In this document: piece after piece, positions 53,434 to 64,000 of the stretch
Numbering within the stretch: the stretch's first letter is position 1
Layout of the letters: each line of letters begins with the position of its first letter
NCBI GenBank assembly: GCA_016748015.1
Contig: JAAOMT010000067.1
Coordinates: 208,070 to 272,069 of the forward strand
DNA from: Geosiphon pyriformis uo1
Taxonomy: Eukaryota > Fungi > Glomeromycota
DNA length: 64,000 bases
Reading direction: 5' to 3'
Made by a program: the position numbers and the translations under genes
Notes under the pieces: generated by a model
The model's database searches: none
What the model saw: the letters and a program-made list of their open reading frames with translations, nothing else
What the model was told of the DNA's origin: nothing

Positions 53434-54816
53434 TCAATTTAATGTGTTGTTGTCGATAATAATGATTGGTTCCCGATCTTGTGGAATCTCATCTGGTTGA
53501 ACTAGTATTCTCTGTACTCCTAATTATGAAATATTACTGGTAGATGATAGTATAATGTTGTGATATAGTTTCAGTTGATCTCTATGTGCTGCTTTGGTTA
53601 AAATTTTGTTATCCAATCTTAATTTGTAAGCTCCATTTCCTAGAATTTTTTCTATGTGAAATGGTCTGTCTCATTTGGGGTCAAATTTTCCACTCCATTG
53701 TTTTTCCACTTTGGTACGATGTAGTAATACTTTGTCTCCAATCTTGAATTCAACTGGTTTGTCTGGTAGTTGACTATTGTGTCTTTCTTTCTGTGTTTCT
53801 TGTGACTTTTAGATATTATCAGCTGTTCTTTTTCATTTGTTTTCCAATGTTTCCATTAAGTCATATGTTCTTCTCAGCAATGTTTCTTGAAAATTTTCCT
53901 CTGTTATTGGTTTAGCTGGATATTTATTAATTTTTCTCTCTACTGGTAACGTTGCTATTCTCCCATATACTAATTCAAATGGTGTTGCTTGTGTAGTATC
54001 TTGTTTCATTGTCCGATAAGCAAATAGTACTGATGGTATAAACAAATTCCAATCGTTCTGGTTTTCTTGGCTGAGCTTGGCTATTGCTTCACACAATGTT
54101 CTATTGAATTTTTCTACTAATCTGTTGGTTTGTGGATGGTATGGTGATGATAATGGTCTCTTAATTCTGAATCTTTGGCTTAATTCTGTTAAGGTTCTGT
54201 TCACAAAATGAGTTCTTTGGTCTGATAATAATTCTTTTGGACATCCATGTTGACAAATCAAATCCTGATGAACGAATTTGGCAACAGATTCTGCATCCGC
54301 TCTTTGAATTGCTTTCGCCTCTGGCCATTTAGTGAAATAGTCTATAGCTTCTGTTATGTATCTGTTTCCTCTGCTGGTGATTGTTAATGGTCCTACTAAA
54401 TCAATTCCCATATGGTCAAATGGTTGTCCTACTTTGATTGGTCTTAATGGTTCACTGGGTTTTGTTCCTCCTCTTTGCTGACAAGCATTACAATTTTGAA
54501 CATATTGAATGATGTCTGGGTATATTGATGGCCAATAGTATCTTTTTCTAGTTCTTTCTATGGTTGCTTCTTTGTAAAAATGTCCTGCTGTTGGATTTGA
54601 GTGCATGTTGAATAATATTGTTTCTTTTTCTGGCTCCATAATTACTCTGGTTGGTTGATCTGGATCCCTTCTATTTTTTTGATAAAGTATATTTTGGTGA
54701 GTGATGAAATATTTTGATTGGTGTTTGATACTTTTTCGTTCTGTATGAGATAAATTCTCTTTGAACTGTTGAGTGTTTAGATAATGTTGTAATTGTTGAT
54801 ATTTTTGTATGTTCAT
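53434..54816 (-). pseudogene. Element B integrase (HHCC, DDE, GPY/F-like region; no chromodomain seen)
   Basis: ORF 53833-54816 plus in-frame continuation; HSNPTAGH, CNAC, GIDLVG, SDQ, VEKFN. Confidence 0.93.
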
Positions 54817-54879
54817 CTTTTGTTGTATTTTTTCGTTGGTATTGTTCTGGTTTTATTATATTTTTGGGTTGAAATGTTC

Positions 54880-57800
54880 TTAGATTTGTCTTATTCGCGA
54901 TAAACCGTCAGCATTTTCGTTGTCTTTTCCCTTTTTGTAATGTATAGTATAATTGTATAGTGCGAGTGCTATTTTCTATCTTGACTGTCTTCCATCTCCA
55001 AATTTTTGTTTTTGGAGTGATGTTAATCCCTTGTGATCTGTGTATACTTCAAACTTCTGGCTCAAGTATTCTTTCCATTTCATAACAGCCCAGTATATTG
55101 CTAAGTGTTCTTGTTCCAGTGTTCTATAGTTCTTTTTGGCTGGTGTTAAATCTCTGCTGGCATATGCTGCTGGATGTTCCCTGCTGTCTGGTTTTCTCTG
55201 AGATAATACTGCTCCCAATGCTTGGCCGGATGCATCAGTGGTGATGATGAATGGTTTGCTGTAATCTGGATTGATCAGTACTGGAGCTTGGATGAGCTTT
55301 TTCCTTAGAATATCAAAAGCTTCTTGTTGACTTTCTGTCCATTTATATTTCACATTTTTGTTTTGCAGTTGATTGAGTGGCTGCGCTATCTTGGAAAAGT
55401 TCTTGATAAAATGACGATAGTAACTGGCAAATCCCAAGAATGATTTCAGTTCTGTTATATTGGTCAGCACTGGAAAGTTTTTTACTATCTCTATTTTCTC
55501 TGGATCCATTTTGATGCCATCTTTGCTGACTATGTGTCCCAAGAATTTGAGTTCTGTCTTCAAAGAAGCATTTTGTCGCATTTAACTTTAGTCCTGCTTT
55601 TCTTAGTCTTTCAAACACTTGTTGAAGATAATGAAGATGATCATCAAATGTCTTTGAGAATACATTGGTGTTGTCCAAGTATACAACTACTGATTTCCAC
55701 AATAAGCCAGTATAAACAATTTCTATTAGCCATTGGAAAGTTGCTGGGGCATTGGTTAAGCCGAATGGCATTACTTCAAATTCGAAATTTTTTTCTCTAG
55801 TAGTAAATGCTGTCTTCTCTTTGTCAGCTGGATTCATGACTACTTGCCAGTAACCACTGTCTAAATCTAATGTGAAGAACCATTTGTTCCCACCAAAAGC
55901 ATCAAATAATTCCTGTATTCGTGGAGTTGGATAACTGTCTCCATGAGTTATACCATTGAGTTTCCTGTAGTTTACACAAAACTGGATTTTTCTATTTTTC
56001 TTATGGACAAGTACCATTGGTGACGACTATGGACTCATTGATGGTTGAATTAGCCCATTGTCAAGCATTCTGTTTATTTCTTGACAAATAATCTCATGGC
56101 TGGCTGGCGGCACTCTGTATGCTCTTTGTTTGATTGGCATTGTATCTCCGGTCTTGATCTGATGCTGGATGATGTCAGTTCAGCCAAACTCATTTTCGCT
56201 GGCAAAGATGTCATTGAAATTGTTGAGTAACATCTTGAGCTGCATACATTGGAGTGAATCCAAGTTTCTCATGTTTATTTGTTCCAATTGTTCTGGTTGG
56301 AGCAAATAACATTTGTCTCATCCATAGATGGTTTGTGATGTGATGTCAACATATTCACAAAGTTGTGGAAAGTCTGGAATGGGGTTTGGTGGTTGGTTTT
56401 TTATTTCTGTGGTTAAATATTCGATGGTGGTTCCTTCTGGTATGTTGATGACATTGCCAGTGTTGTTGTAGATGGGAATTTTTATGCTGCTATAGCTTTT
56501 GGCTGGTATGTGGAAATTGATCAACCCAATCTCTCCTGATTCACAAAGAGTTGCTTCCACTTCAAAAATCTGTTCTTGCTCTTTTTCCTTTCTTTTTATT
56601 GCTAGCATGTACTGGCTATATGGTGGAATGGAAATAGCTTGACCAGTTGAAATAATTTCTCCTTGGCCAACAATCTCTTCCTCCACCATATTAACTGGTA
56701 CCTCTATTTTATCTGTTGATCCAAATCCTTGTATTCCCCTTGCTGTTATTCCCAATTTCTCCCTCTTTCCCACTAACATTAACTAAGCTACTCTAATCAG
56801 AGACAGGAATATTGCCTGTGCTATCTTTTTGTTGGGCTCTATTATATAGGCCTTTTCTGAATTATTTTGTAGCATGGCGATGATATTTCCTACATATCCC
56901 GCATCAATTATTCCTCCTCTTATATTGATCCCTCTTTTTGCTAAACTACTCCTAGATGCTAATTGAACCATTGTTGTTACTGGAATTTCTAGTGCTATTT
57001 TCAGATCAATGCAGGTGCGTGAATGCAGTTCTAATTTGATGGCATCTTTTCCTGGATATCTCAGATCAAACCCAGCATCTGTGTCATGTGCACATTCTGG
57101 CATAATACTTTTCCCATTGTTACTATACCATTTCAATTCTTGTTTCTTGGAGAGATCTGGTAGTGCAATGTATTGTTCATAGTTTACATCAGGTTTTGAA
57201 TCTGAGTCTGAATTGTTTTCGTCATCATTGCCAATTTGAATGGAGCTTGAACCGTTGTTATCGTTGTCATCGTCGGAGTTTGAATCGTAATTGATCGGCG
57301 ATTCTGATTCTGATGCACAGCTGCTGATTGGTTCTTCTTCTTCAGGGATTGAGTAGATTATGCGTGGTGGTAGATTGTAAATGAGGTTACACTTATCACA
57401 ATACTGGAAGTCACAGAGAATTAGGCAGTGTTGACATAATTGAGCATTCAACTGCTCTAACTATTGTTCTTGTTCTTCCCTTGTGGGTGCTAATTCTTGG
57501 TAGTGTTCGTGGAATTGTTCCAGATCCAGGAGGTTTATGATGGGTTCTGTGTCCCAGTCAAGCTTTAAAGGTTCTGGAGGGTTGTCTTTGATTGTTTTTA
57601 TCTTTTCTAATGTCGCCCCTTCGATTTTGGTGAGTGCCATTTGCCAAATTTTGTTGTCGTCATGTGGGCAACTGTCCAGTCACTGTACGGCTCTTTGCCA
57701 GACTGCTTCCATTGGGGTTCTTTTCCTTACCCAGTCACTTATTAGAATCGTGTATTGACATGACATGTCACACATTCCTCCCCGTCCTGGGATGTCGTTC

Positions 57801-60800
57801 CACATCCCTTCATCTAGCAGGATTTCCCCACAAGCGAGACAAGGTTGGTTATCCCATTTTTCTTGTCTCTTTGGTCGTTCGAAGTGTTCGAGTAAGCATG
57901 GACGACAGTAGAATTTTGTCGTGGTGTGGTATTTCTCATCATCACCATAGCATGCACCCATTAACGACAATTTCTTGCCACAATCGACACATATAAGCTT
58001 AGATTGACAATAAGTAGATTGTTGTGGAATAGTGTAGGTATTATGATAAGTGGTAATGGTTTGGGTGGTCTCTTCTTCTTTCCCTTTTTCTTTATTTTCT
58101 TTGTCCTCTTCCCATTCCCAGCTTGAAGTCGGTTCACTCTCATCGTTGTCGGTCCATGTCAGATCATCAGTTTCCCAGGTAAGTTCTTCCTTTTGTTTCC
58201 CTTTTTCCTTGTTGTTGTTGTCCCAGGAGAGTATTGGCAGCAGCTTGTTGTGCTCTTTATCAGCCTATAATACTTGGTAGGTTTTTCTTTCTCCTCCTCC
58301 AGTTTGATCAATAGTTTTTCTCTTGGAGGCGTTTTGAAGTGGCCACACGTGGCCAGAACACGTATGTGTTGGCCCTGATACGTTAGCTGAAGTTCCTGGG
58401 TGTTCCAGTCTAACGTTGCGTTGACTTTGGATAACCAGTCATTACCAATGAGAGCTTGGTATTGAGTGGCTTCCATTACTAGAACTTTAATGGGAGTCAT
58501 GATGCTATTGACTTCAAAAAGAAACTCATTAATTTCACCAATTGGAGTTTTGGTCGCTCCATTGGCTGTGATGATTCTGGTGCTGGCAGCTCAATTAATT
58601 CAGCAACCTAATTAATCCATGAGTTGTCGTGTGATTATGCTGCTAGCTGATCCACTATCTAGGATGAGTTTGATGGGGTGATCATCAACTCTGGCATCTA
58701 TGTACATTGCTGTTATGGGTTTCTCTTCGAGGGTGGCTCTACTGAATAATGATATTGGTGTGTTTTCTTCGAGTTCGAAAGGAAAGATGGCTGCTAGAGA
58801 TTTGTCACTAGAGATGGTTGCCAGTGAAATTGTGTTGGTAGATACGTGCTAATTGAATTCTGTGTTGTTGGATGTGGCATTTTCTGGGATAACCAGAAGA
58901 CTTAAATAATGTTGGGAATTTGGGTTTTGGACGTAACTGGTATCCAAATTCTGGGTGCGTAATCTTGATGGTGGGTCTAGCGAACAGGGAATTGGTTGGT
59001 GAACAACTATCACCAATCTCCAGTTTTGAGTGACTCTGGATCGAGGGTTGCCTGATGTCATTTGAGCTGAGTTCTGGGGTGGTGTTTGAATTGGTTGGGG
59101 TTGATAGATGATTTGTGGCTGCAGTTAATATATTACTTGTGGCTGCAGCTGATAAATCAGAGGTTGATATACTGGCAGTTGATAGATTGGTTGCTGTTTC
59201 ATTGGCAGGTAATTATTCCAATATTGGTCTTGACTTTGATTTGGATAATGATTCAGAGTTTGAAACTGGCGATCGGGGTTTTGATATTGATTTCCCGATT
59301 GTTGGTTATTTAAACACTGGCAACAATCAATTTGGATATGTCTTTGGTTACCACAATAGTGGCAGATATGCATTTCCTGTTGCCACTGTTGATTGGTTGA
59401 TAAAGATGGATGCAGTTGATTTTGGCCACGATTAGAATGTCTTTAGTTATTGCGTTGTTGTGGAGGCTGATAAACAGTGTGATTGTCAGCTAAGTATCCT
59501 TCCAATCTCTTATTGATTGATTCACTGAACTTCTCCAATTTAAAATCCAATTCAGATAATCTGTTCATTACTAGATTAACGGCTTGGGCATGGTTAGCCT
59601 CTGACTCAGCGGATTCAAAATCTCTGGCGCATGTGACTGCGTCTTGAAGCGTGCTAGGATACAACGGGCATACATATTGCAAGATGCTGCTACATAGGCC
59701 ATGGATAAACTGGTTGAGTATCTGTGGTGCTGTGAAATAGTCATCGTCAATTGCTTGAATTTGGCACAAGTTTCAATGGAAGTGTTCCAGGTAAGTGGTA
59801 ACTGCTTCGGTTTCTCCTTGTTTCATGGTGGTAAATGCATTGACTAGGCAATTGATGCTGTTATTGTTGCTGAAGTATCTTAGGAATTCTGTTTTGAAGG
59901 CATTGAAATCTTGTGGTTTATTAACCAAGCTCTGATACCATGAATTGGCGGTATCCTTGAGAAAGTAGGGAATGGCTTGCATAGCTCGAGCGTCATTCCA
60001 TCTGTTGGCTGTGATGGCCTTTTCTACATTATTCAGCCATATTTGAGTATCATCCTCTTTACCAGTAAAGTTGTCAAGTTTTGTGATGGGTGCATAGGCC
60101 ATTGGGTCTAAGTTAGGTGGTTGTAATGGCTGTTGAAGTAGTTGTTGGGGTGGTAGTTGAAGTGGCTATTGTATAGGTTCGGCTACTGGATTAATTGGCA
60201 GTTAATTGATGACGATTATCGGAGGTAAGTTTTGCTGATTAATTAATTTGGGTTTTGGATTGTTCTGTCTTTGCTGATTCTGAGTTTCGATTTCCGAATT
60301 TTATATATTTAAATTTTGCTGAGCTTGAAGATTCGGGGTTTCAACTTCCGGGGTTTCAACTTCTGGGCTTTCAGTGATCGGGTTTTGATAAGTAAATTCT
60401 TAATCCTCTAATTCTTCTTCCTCTTTTTCTGATTTTGCTGTTTCCCATGAATCAGAAATTCCGAAATCTGGTGGAGGTGGTGGTGATCGAAGTTCTGATG
60501 GGGTTGATGATCACGAATTAAATCCCTCAAAGTATTCACCATATGGTCCTAGCAATTCTGTTTTCTTTTGTCTACTTTGGAATGGGAATCGTCCAAATGT
60601 TGATGTTGCAGTTGATGAAAACATGTCAGTTGATGATATGTTGATGGCGCTTCTAAGTGTATAGTGGTAGGATGGGTTGCTTGGGGATTCAACTTTGTTT
60701 TTTTTCCAAGCAGGTGGCTGTAATTTTCTGGGTGTTACTGCTGGTATTTGTAATTTTTTCTTGCCTTTACTAGTGTATGTAATTGGATATCTTTGTTGAG

Positions 60801-61125
60801 TGTGGTGTTCAATTTCTTTGTTGATCTCAGTAATGATGGATGCAAAATTATGATTTGTTGGTAGGTTGGTGTTTTGAATTAATTCTTTATAGAAAGTTTC
60901 TCTTGCTGATTCAGTATTCACTGGTGTTACTAATAAAGAGGAAATCTTTTCATTGACATAGAAATTGAAGGCTGATTCGGCAGATATATAATTGTGGTTT
61001 AATTTCAAGTATTGACAATAGTGTTAAAATAAGGATTTTGCGAATCCTAAATGGTTTGCTCCTATAATTTCTGATTCTGTCACTTTTGGTTTGGTGTTGT
61101 CGGTGCTGGTTCTCTGTAGGATTAT
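54880..61125 (-). pseudogene. Element B polyprotein: Gag-PR-Cys-rich domain-dUTPase-RT-RNase H
   Basis: Gag through PR fragments share one frame; MAYAPITKLDNFTG, CHYCGNQRHIQIDC, LILDSG, LIGNDWL, RT, TDAS, YTDH, NADGLSR; start approximate. Confidence 0.92.
56710..57110 (-). other. dUTPase domain within the element B polyprotein
   Basis: All five trimeric dUTPase motifs in order: AGFDL, SRSSLA, GGIIDAGYVGN, KIAQ, RGIQGFGST. Confidence 0.93.
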
Positions 61126-61126
61126 A

Positions 61127-61143
61127 CCTCACAGAGAGCACCA
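61127..61143 (-). other. Primer-binding site of element B
   Basis: TGGTGCTCTCTGTGAGG 2 nt after the 5' LTR. Confidence 0.85.
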
Positions 61144-61145
61144 AA

Positions 61146-62010
61146 TGTTACAGGTGATTATTTCTGCTGTTGAATTAAATAACAAACCTGTAACTTGGTA
61201 CTTAAAAGCTACTTCCATTGAGGCTGTTCTGAAGATGCTGTATCTGAAGGTTTTGGTTGAGTCCTTTGTATAATGGACAGAGATTCAATAGTGTCAATAG
61301 TAGATATATTTTCCAAGAGTTTTCCCAATTTTTTTTTCAGCGTGGTGGCCGGATTAGTCTGGCAGTCGTGTCCTTCTGGTAAGCTATTCAATAATATATA
61401 AAATCCTACTCTTATTTCTGGGTCTTTTACCAGGCTATCCTTGACGTCAATAACTCAGCGCTTAATCTTTAATCAATTAGTATACAACAACAAATCAAAA
61501 ATAAAATAAAGAAAGAGAAATAAAAGAAAATAAAGAAAGAAAAGAAATAAGCCAAGGCAATTTGCAGATTAGTATTCCATTAATAGCCGTGATCAAAAGC
61601 TATTGTTCCAGCATGGTCAAGTATCAATTACTATCAACATAAAGGGTTGATAATGGGGAAGTGGATGGAAATATAAAATAATTATTTATTTGATGATTGC
61701 GTTTTTAGGCTAAGGATTCTGTGGTATTGATTCTTTTTTTTCTGTTTCTAACACTACTGCTATATATACATAATTGAGATTCCTCAATTCCTCGATTCTT
61801 CATGACAGGAATCCTGGAATTCCTGGAATCCTGCGATTCCTTTGAGAAGAATTCTGGAATTCTGGAATTCTGCAATTTCTTGTTGGGAATCCTGAAATTC
61901 CTGGAATCTTGCAATTCCTGAGAGAAATCCTGGAATTCCACATTTACTACACTTACTTCTGATTGGCTAATAATTATGCTAATACATTTCTTATATTTCT
62001 ATAAGTAACA
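61146..62010 (-). repeat. 5' LTR of element B
   Basis: TGTTAC termini, CCAAT, TATATATA, U3 tandem repeats. Confidence 0.95.
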
Positions 62011-63828
62011 ACAGAGCTAGAACCGGTGTTTTTGTTGTCATCCTTATCAGAGTTTGAATTGAAATTGAAAATTGATTCCAATTCTGATGTACAGCTGCTG
62101 ATTGGTTCTTCCTCTTCGGAGATTGTGTAGATTATACATGGTGGTAGATTGTAAATGAGGTCACACTCATTACAATATTGGAAGTCACATGGAATCAAAC
62201 AATGATCACATAGTCGAGTGTTTATTTCTTCCAATCTTTGTTCTTGCTCTTTTTTGGTAGATGCTAAGTTCTGATAGTGTTTATGGAATTCTTCCGAACT
62301 GTTTTTTAAGTTGAGAAAGGTGTCTGGATTGAGAACCAAAACAATGTCTGTTGGTTTTGGAAGGTTGTTCTTGATCTCCAGAATTTCACTGGGCAAAGTG
62401 CTCTCTACTTTGGTGTTAGCCATTTGCCAGATTTTGTCTTCATTGTGTGAGTAACCTTCTAAGCAAGAGATCGCTTGGTACCAGATGGCTGTTATTGGCG
62501 TGCTGTGACTCACCCAATTGTTGATAAGGATTGTGTATTGGCACGAAGTGTCGTATGTTCCTCCTCAAACAGGAATGTCATTCTACATTCTTTCGTTAAG
62601 TAACTGTTTGCCACAAGTGAGACATGGTTCATTGTTCCACTTGTTTTGTTGTTTTGGGTAACCATAGCGTTCTCTATAGCATGGTTTGCAGTAGTAGTGA
62701 GTTCACATTCAGTAGTCTTTGTCTGGCATGATCCATGCTCTCATGGAAGAGAGTTTTTTCTTGCAGTTCTGACATTTTAAGTAAATGTAAGGTGGCTCCT
62801 TCACTGACTTACATAAGTATTCTTTTTCTCAGCCACTGGTTATTTTTTCTGTGGCTTTGTCGGCTTTTCCAGGTAAGTTTTCTTCTTTCTTCTTTCTTTT
62901 CCCTTTTTCTTTCCAGCTGGTTGGTGTTGCTTTGCTTTCATTGTCATTATTCCAGGCATTGATAGTGGTTTTACAGGTATGTTTTTCTGTTTCTGTTCCT
63001 TTTTTCTTTACATTGTTCCTTTCTTCTCAGTTTAGAATTGGTGGTAGCTCGTTGTACTCGACGTCAGTCTATGATACTTGATATACCTTCCAAGTAGGCT
63101 TTGGTTTTTTCTTTTTGAAATCGATGAGCAGCATTAATGACGTGACGTTGTTAGGTTTGAAATGGCTACATGTGGCTGGTACTTGCATGTATTGGCCATT
63201 TTGGCTAAGTTGGAGTTCCTGTGTATTTCAGTTGAGCATTGCATTAGTTTTGAACAACCAGTCATTGCCAACGAGAGCTTGGTACTGGGTTGCTTCCATT
63301 ACTAATACCTTGATTGGTACAGTGATATCATTGATTTCAATAAGTAGATCATCAATCTCACCAATAGAAGTTTTGATTGCTTCATCAGCTGTTATAATTC
63401 TGGCACTAACAGCACGATTAACTCAGCAACCTAATTGGTCCATGAGTTGTCATGTAATAATGCTGTCTGCTGACCCACTATCAAGAATGAGCTTGATGGA
63501 ATGGCCATCAATTTTGGCATTAGTGTACATTGCCATGATGGGTTTTTCCTTAATAATGGCTTCACTGAACAAAGGAACTCCTGATGGTTCCTTAATTTCA
63601 AATGAGAATATGGCTGCAAGTGACTTGTTTTCTGTGACAGTGGCTGGTGGGATATTGCTGGTGAGTGTTAATTGTTGATTGGATTCCGAATTGGTGTTGG
63701 TGGCATCTTCTGGGGTAACCAAGAGACTTAAATAGTTCTGGGAATTCAGGTTTTGGGTGGCACTGGTACCCAAATTCCACAAATGCAATCTTGATGGTAA
63801 GTTGGAAAAACTGAAGATCAGTTGGTGG
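62011..63828 (-). pseudogene. Element A polyprotein, middle part: end of Gag, protease, Cys-rich domain
   Basis: LILDSGSADS, CDHCLIPCDFQYCNEC; joins 51953 when B is removed. Confidence 0.88.
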
Positions 63829-64000
63829 TGTTACGGGATGGTTTTCTTGTTATATTTAATTGCTGATATCCCGCTTTAATTGCAATCAGTCTTTCGTGAG
63901 TTCCTCAATTCTATTTGTGTGATAATGTCACTGTTACACTGAAGGCTTTCTTTTTACTGTTGCGATGTAAGTTATTCTTTAATTCTTGATTGTTGTGTGT
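63829..64000 (-). mobile_element. Edge of a second-family LTR insertion in element A
   Basis: TGTTACGGGATGG..., near-identical to 38893 onward. Confidence 0.85.

Larger units (their letters stand above)
51954..62010 (-). mobile_element. Ty3/gypsy element B: full length with two LTRs, nested in A
   Basis: LTRs 51954-52736 and 61146-62010, PBS, PPT, TSD ATGG (51950-53) / ACAG (62011-14). Confidence 0.95.
46570..63828 (-). mobile_element. Ty3/gypsy element A (3' LTR 46570-47446), interrupted by element B and by an LTR at 63829; 5' part beyond the window
   Basis: PPT next to 47446; extra ORF, IN, RH, RT and dUTPase up to 51953; resumes at 62011 with Cys-rich domain and protease. Confidence 0.9.

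Noticed and set aside
55660-55690. RT active site YLDN rather than YLDD in all three gypsy copies as a novel catalytic variant
   Set aside because: GACGAC contains a CpG; GACAAC and GATAAC are the expected deamination products, so parallel decay suffices
56710-57110. dUTPase as a host dut gene
   Set aside because: In frame within the retroelement polyprotein and present at the same place in all three copies
61779-61940. Palindromic GGAATTCC-type repeats (and the ATTGCTnAGCAAT arrays) as a CRISPR array
   Set aside because: No unique spacers or cas genes; irregular period; they lie inside LTR U3 regions

Overview
A eukaryotic, very AT-rich window made almost entirely of nested, mostly dead retrotransposons. 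I see no host gene, tRNA, rRNA or CRISPR array. The protein families resemble those I associate with Glomeromycotina (Geosiphon-like) fungi; this is an inference, not tested. Layer 1 is a non-LTR array: LINE0 3' end (+, 1-150), LINE1 (-), LINE2 (+), LINE3 (+) and LINE4 (-). The LINEs have ORF1 (CCHC knuckle) and ORF2 (APE-RT-RNase H-CCHC). The array also holds two copies of a separate ORF1-only retroposon ending in the same ~120-nt structured 3' tail; one copy is so decayed that it hides in the apparent AT-rich spacers. Layer 2 is ten LTR-element insertions into those elements and into each other, with 4-bp target sites that all have a central pyrimidine-purine step. Three insertions keep internal regions of an unusual Ty3/gypsy family: a long Gag-PR-Cys-rich domain-dUTPase-RT-RH polyprotein, an integrase that appears to be a separate ORF, and a conserved ~209-aa unknown ORF before the PPT. 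Two consecutive insertions hit the same position of a related LTR. All copies show strong C>T/G>A decay. All alignments and folds were done by eye; approximate boundaries are flagged.
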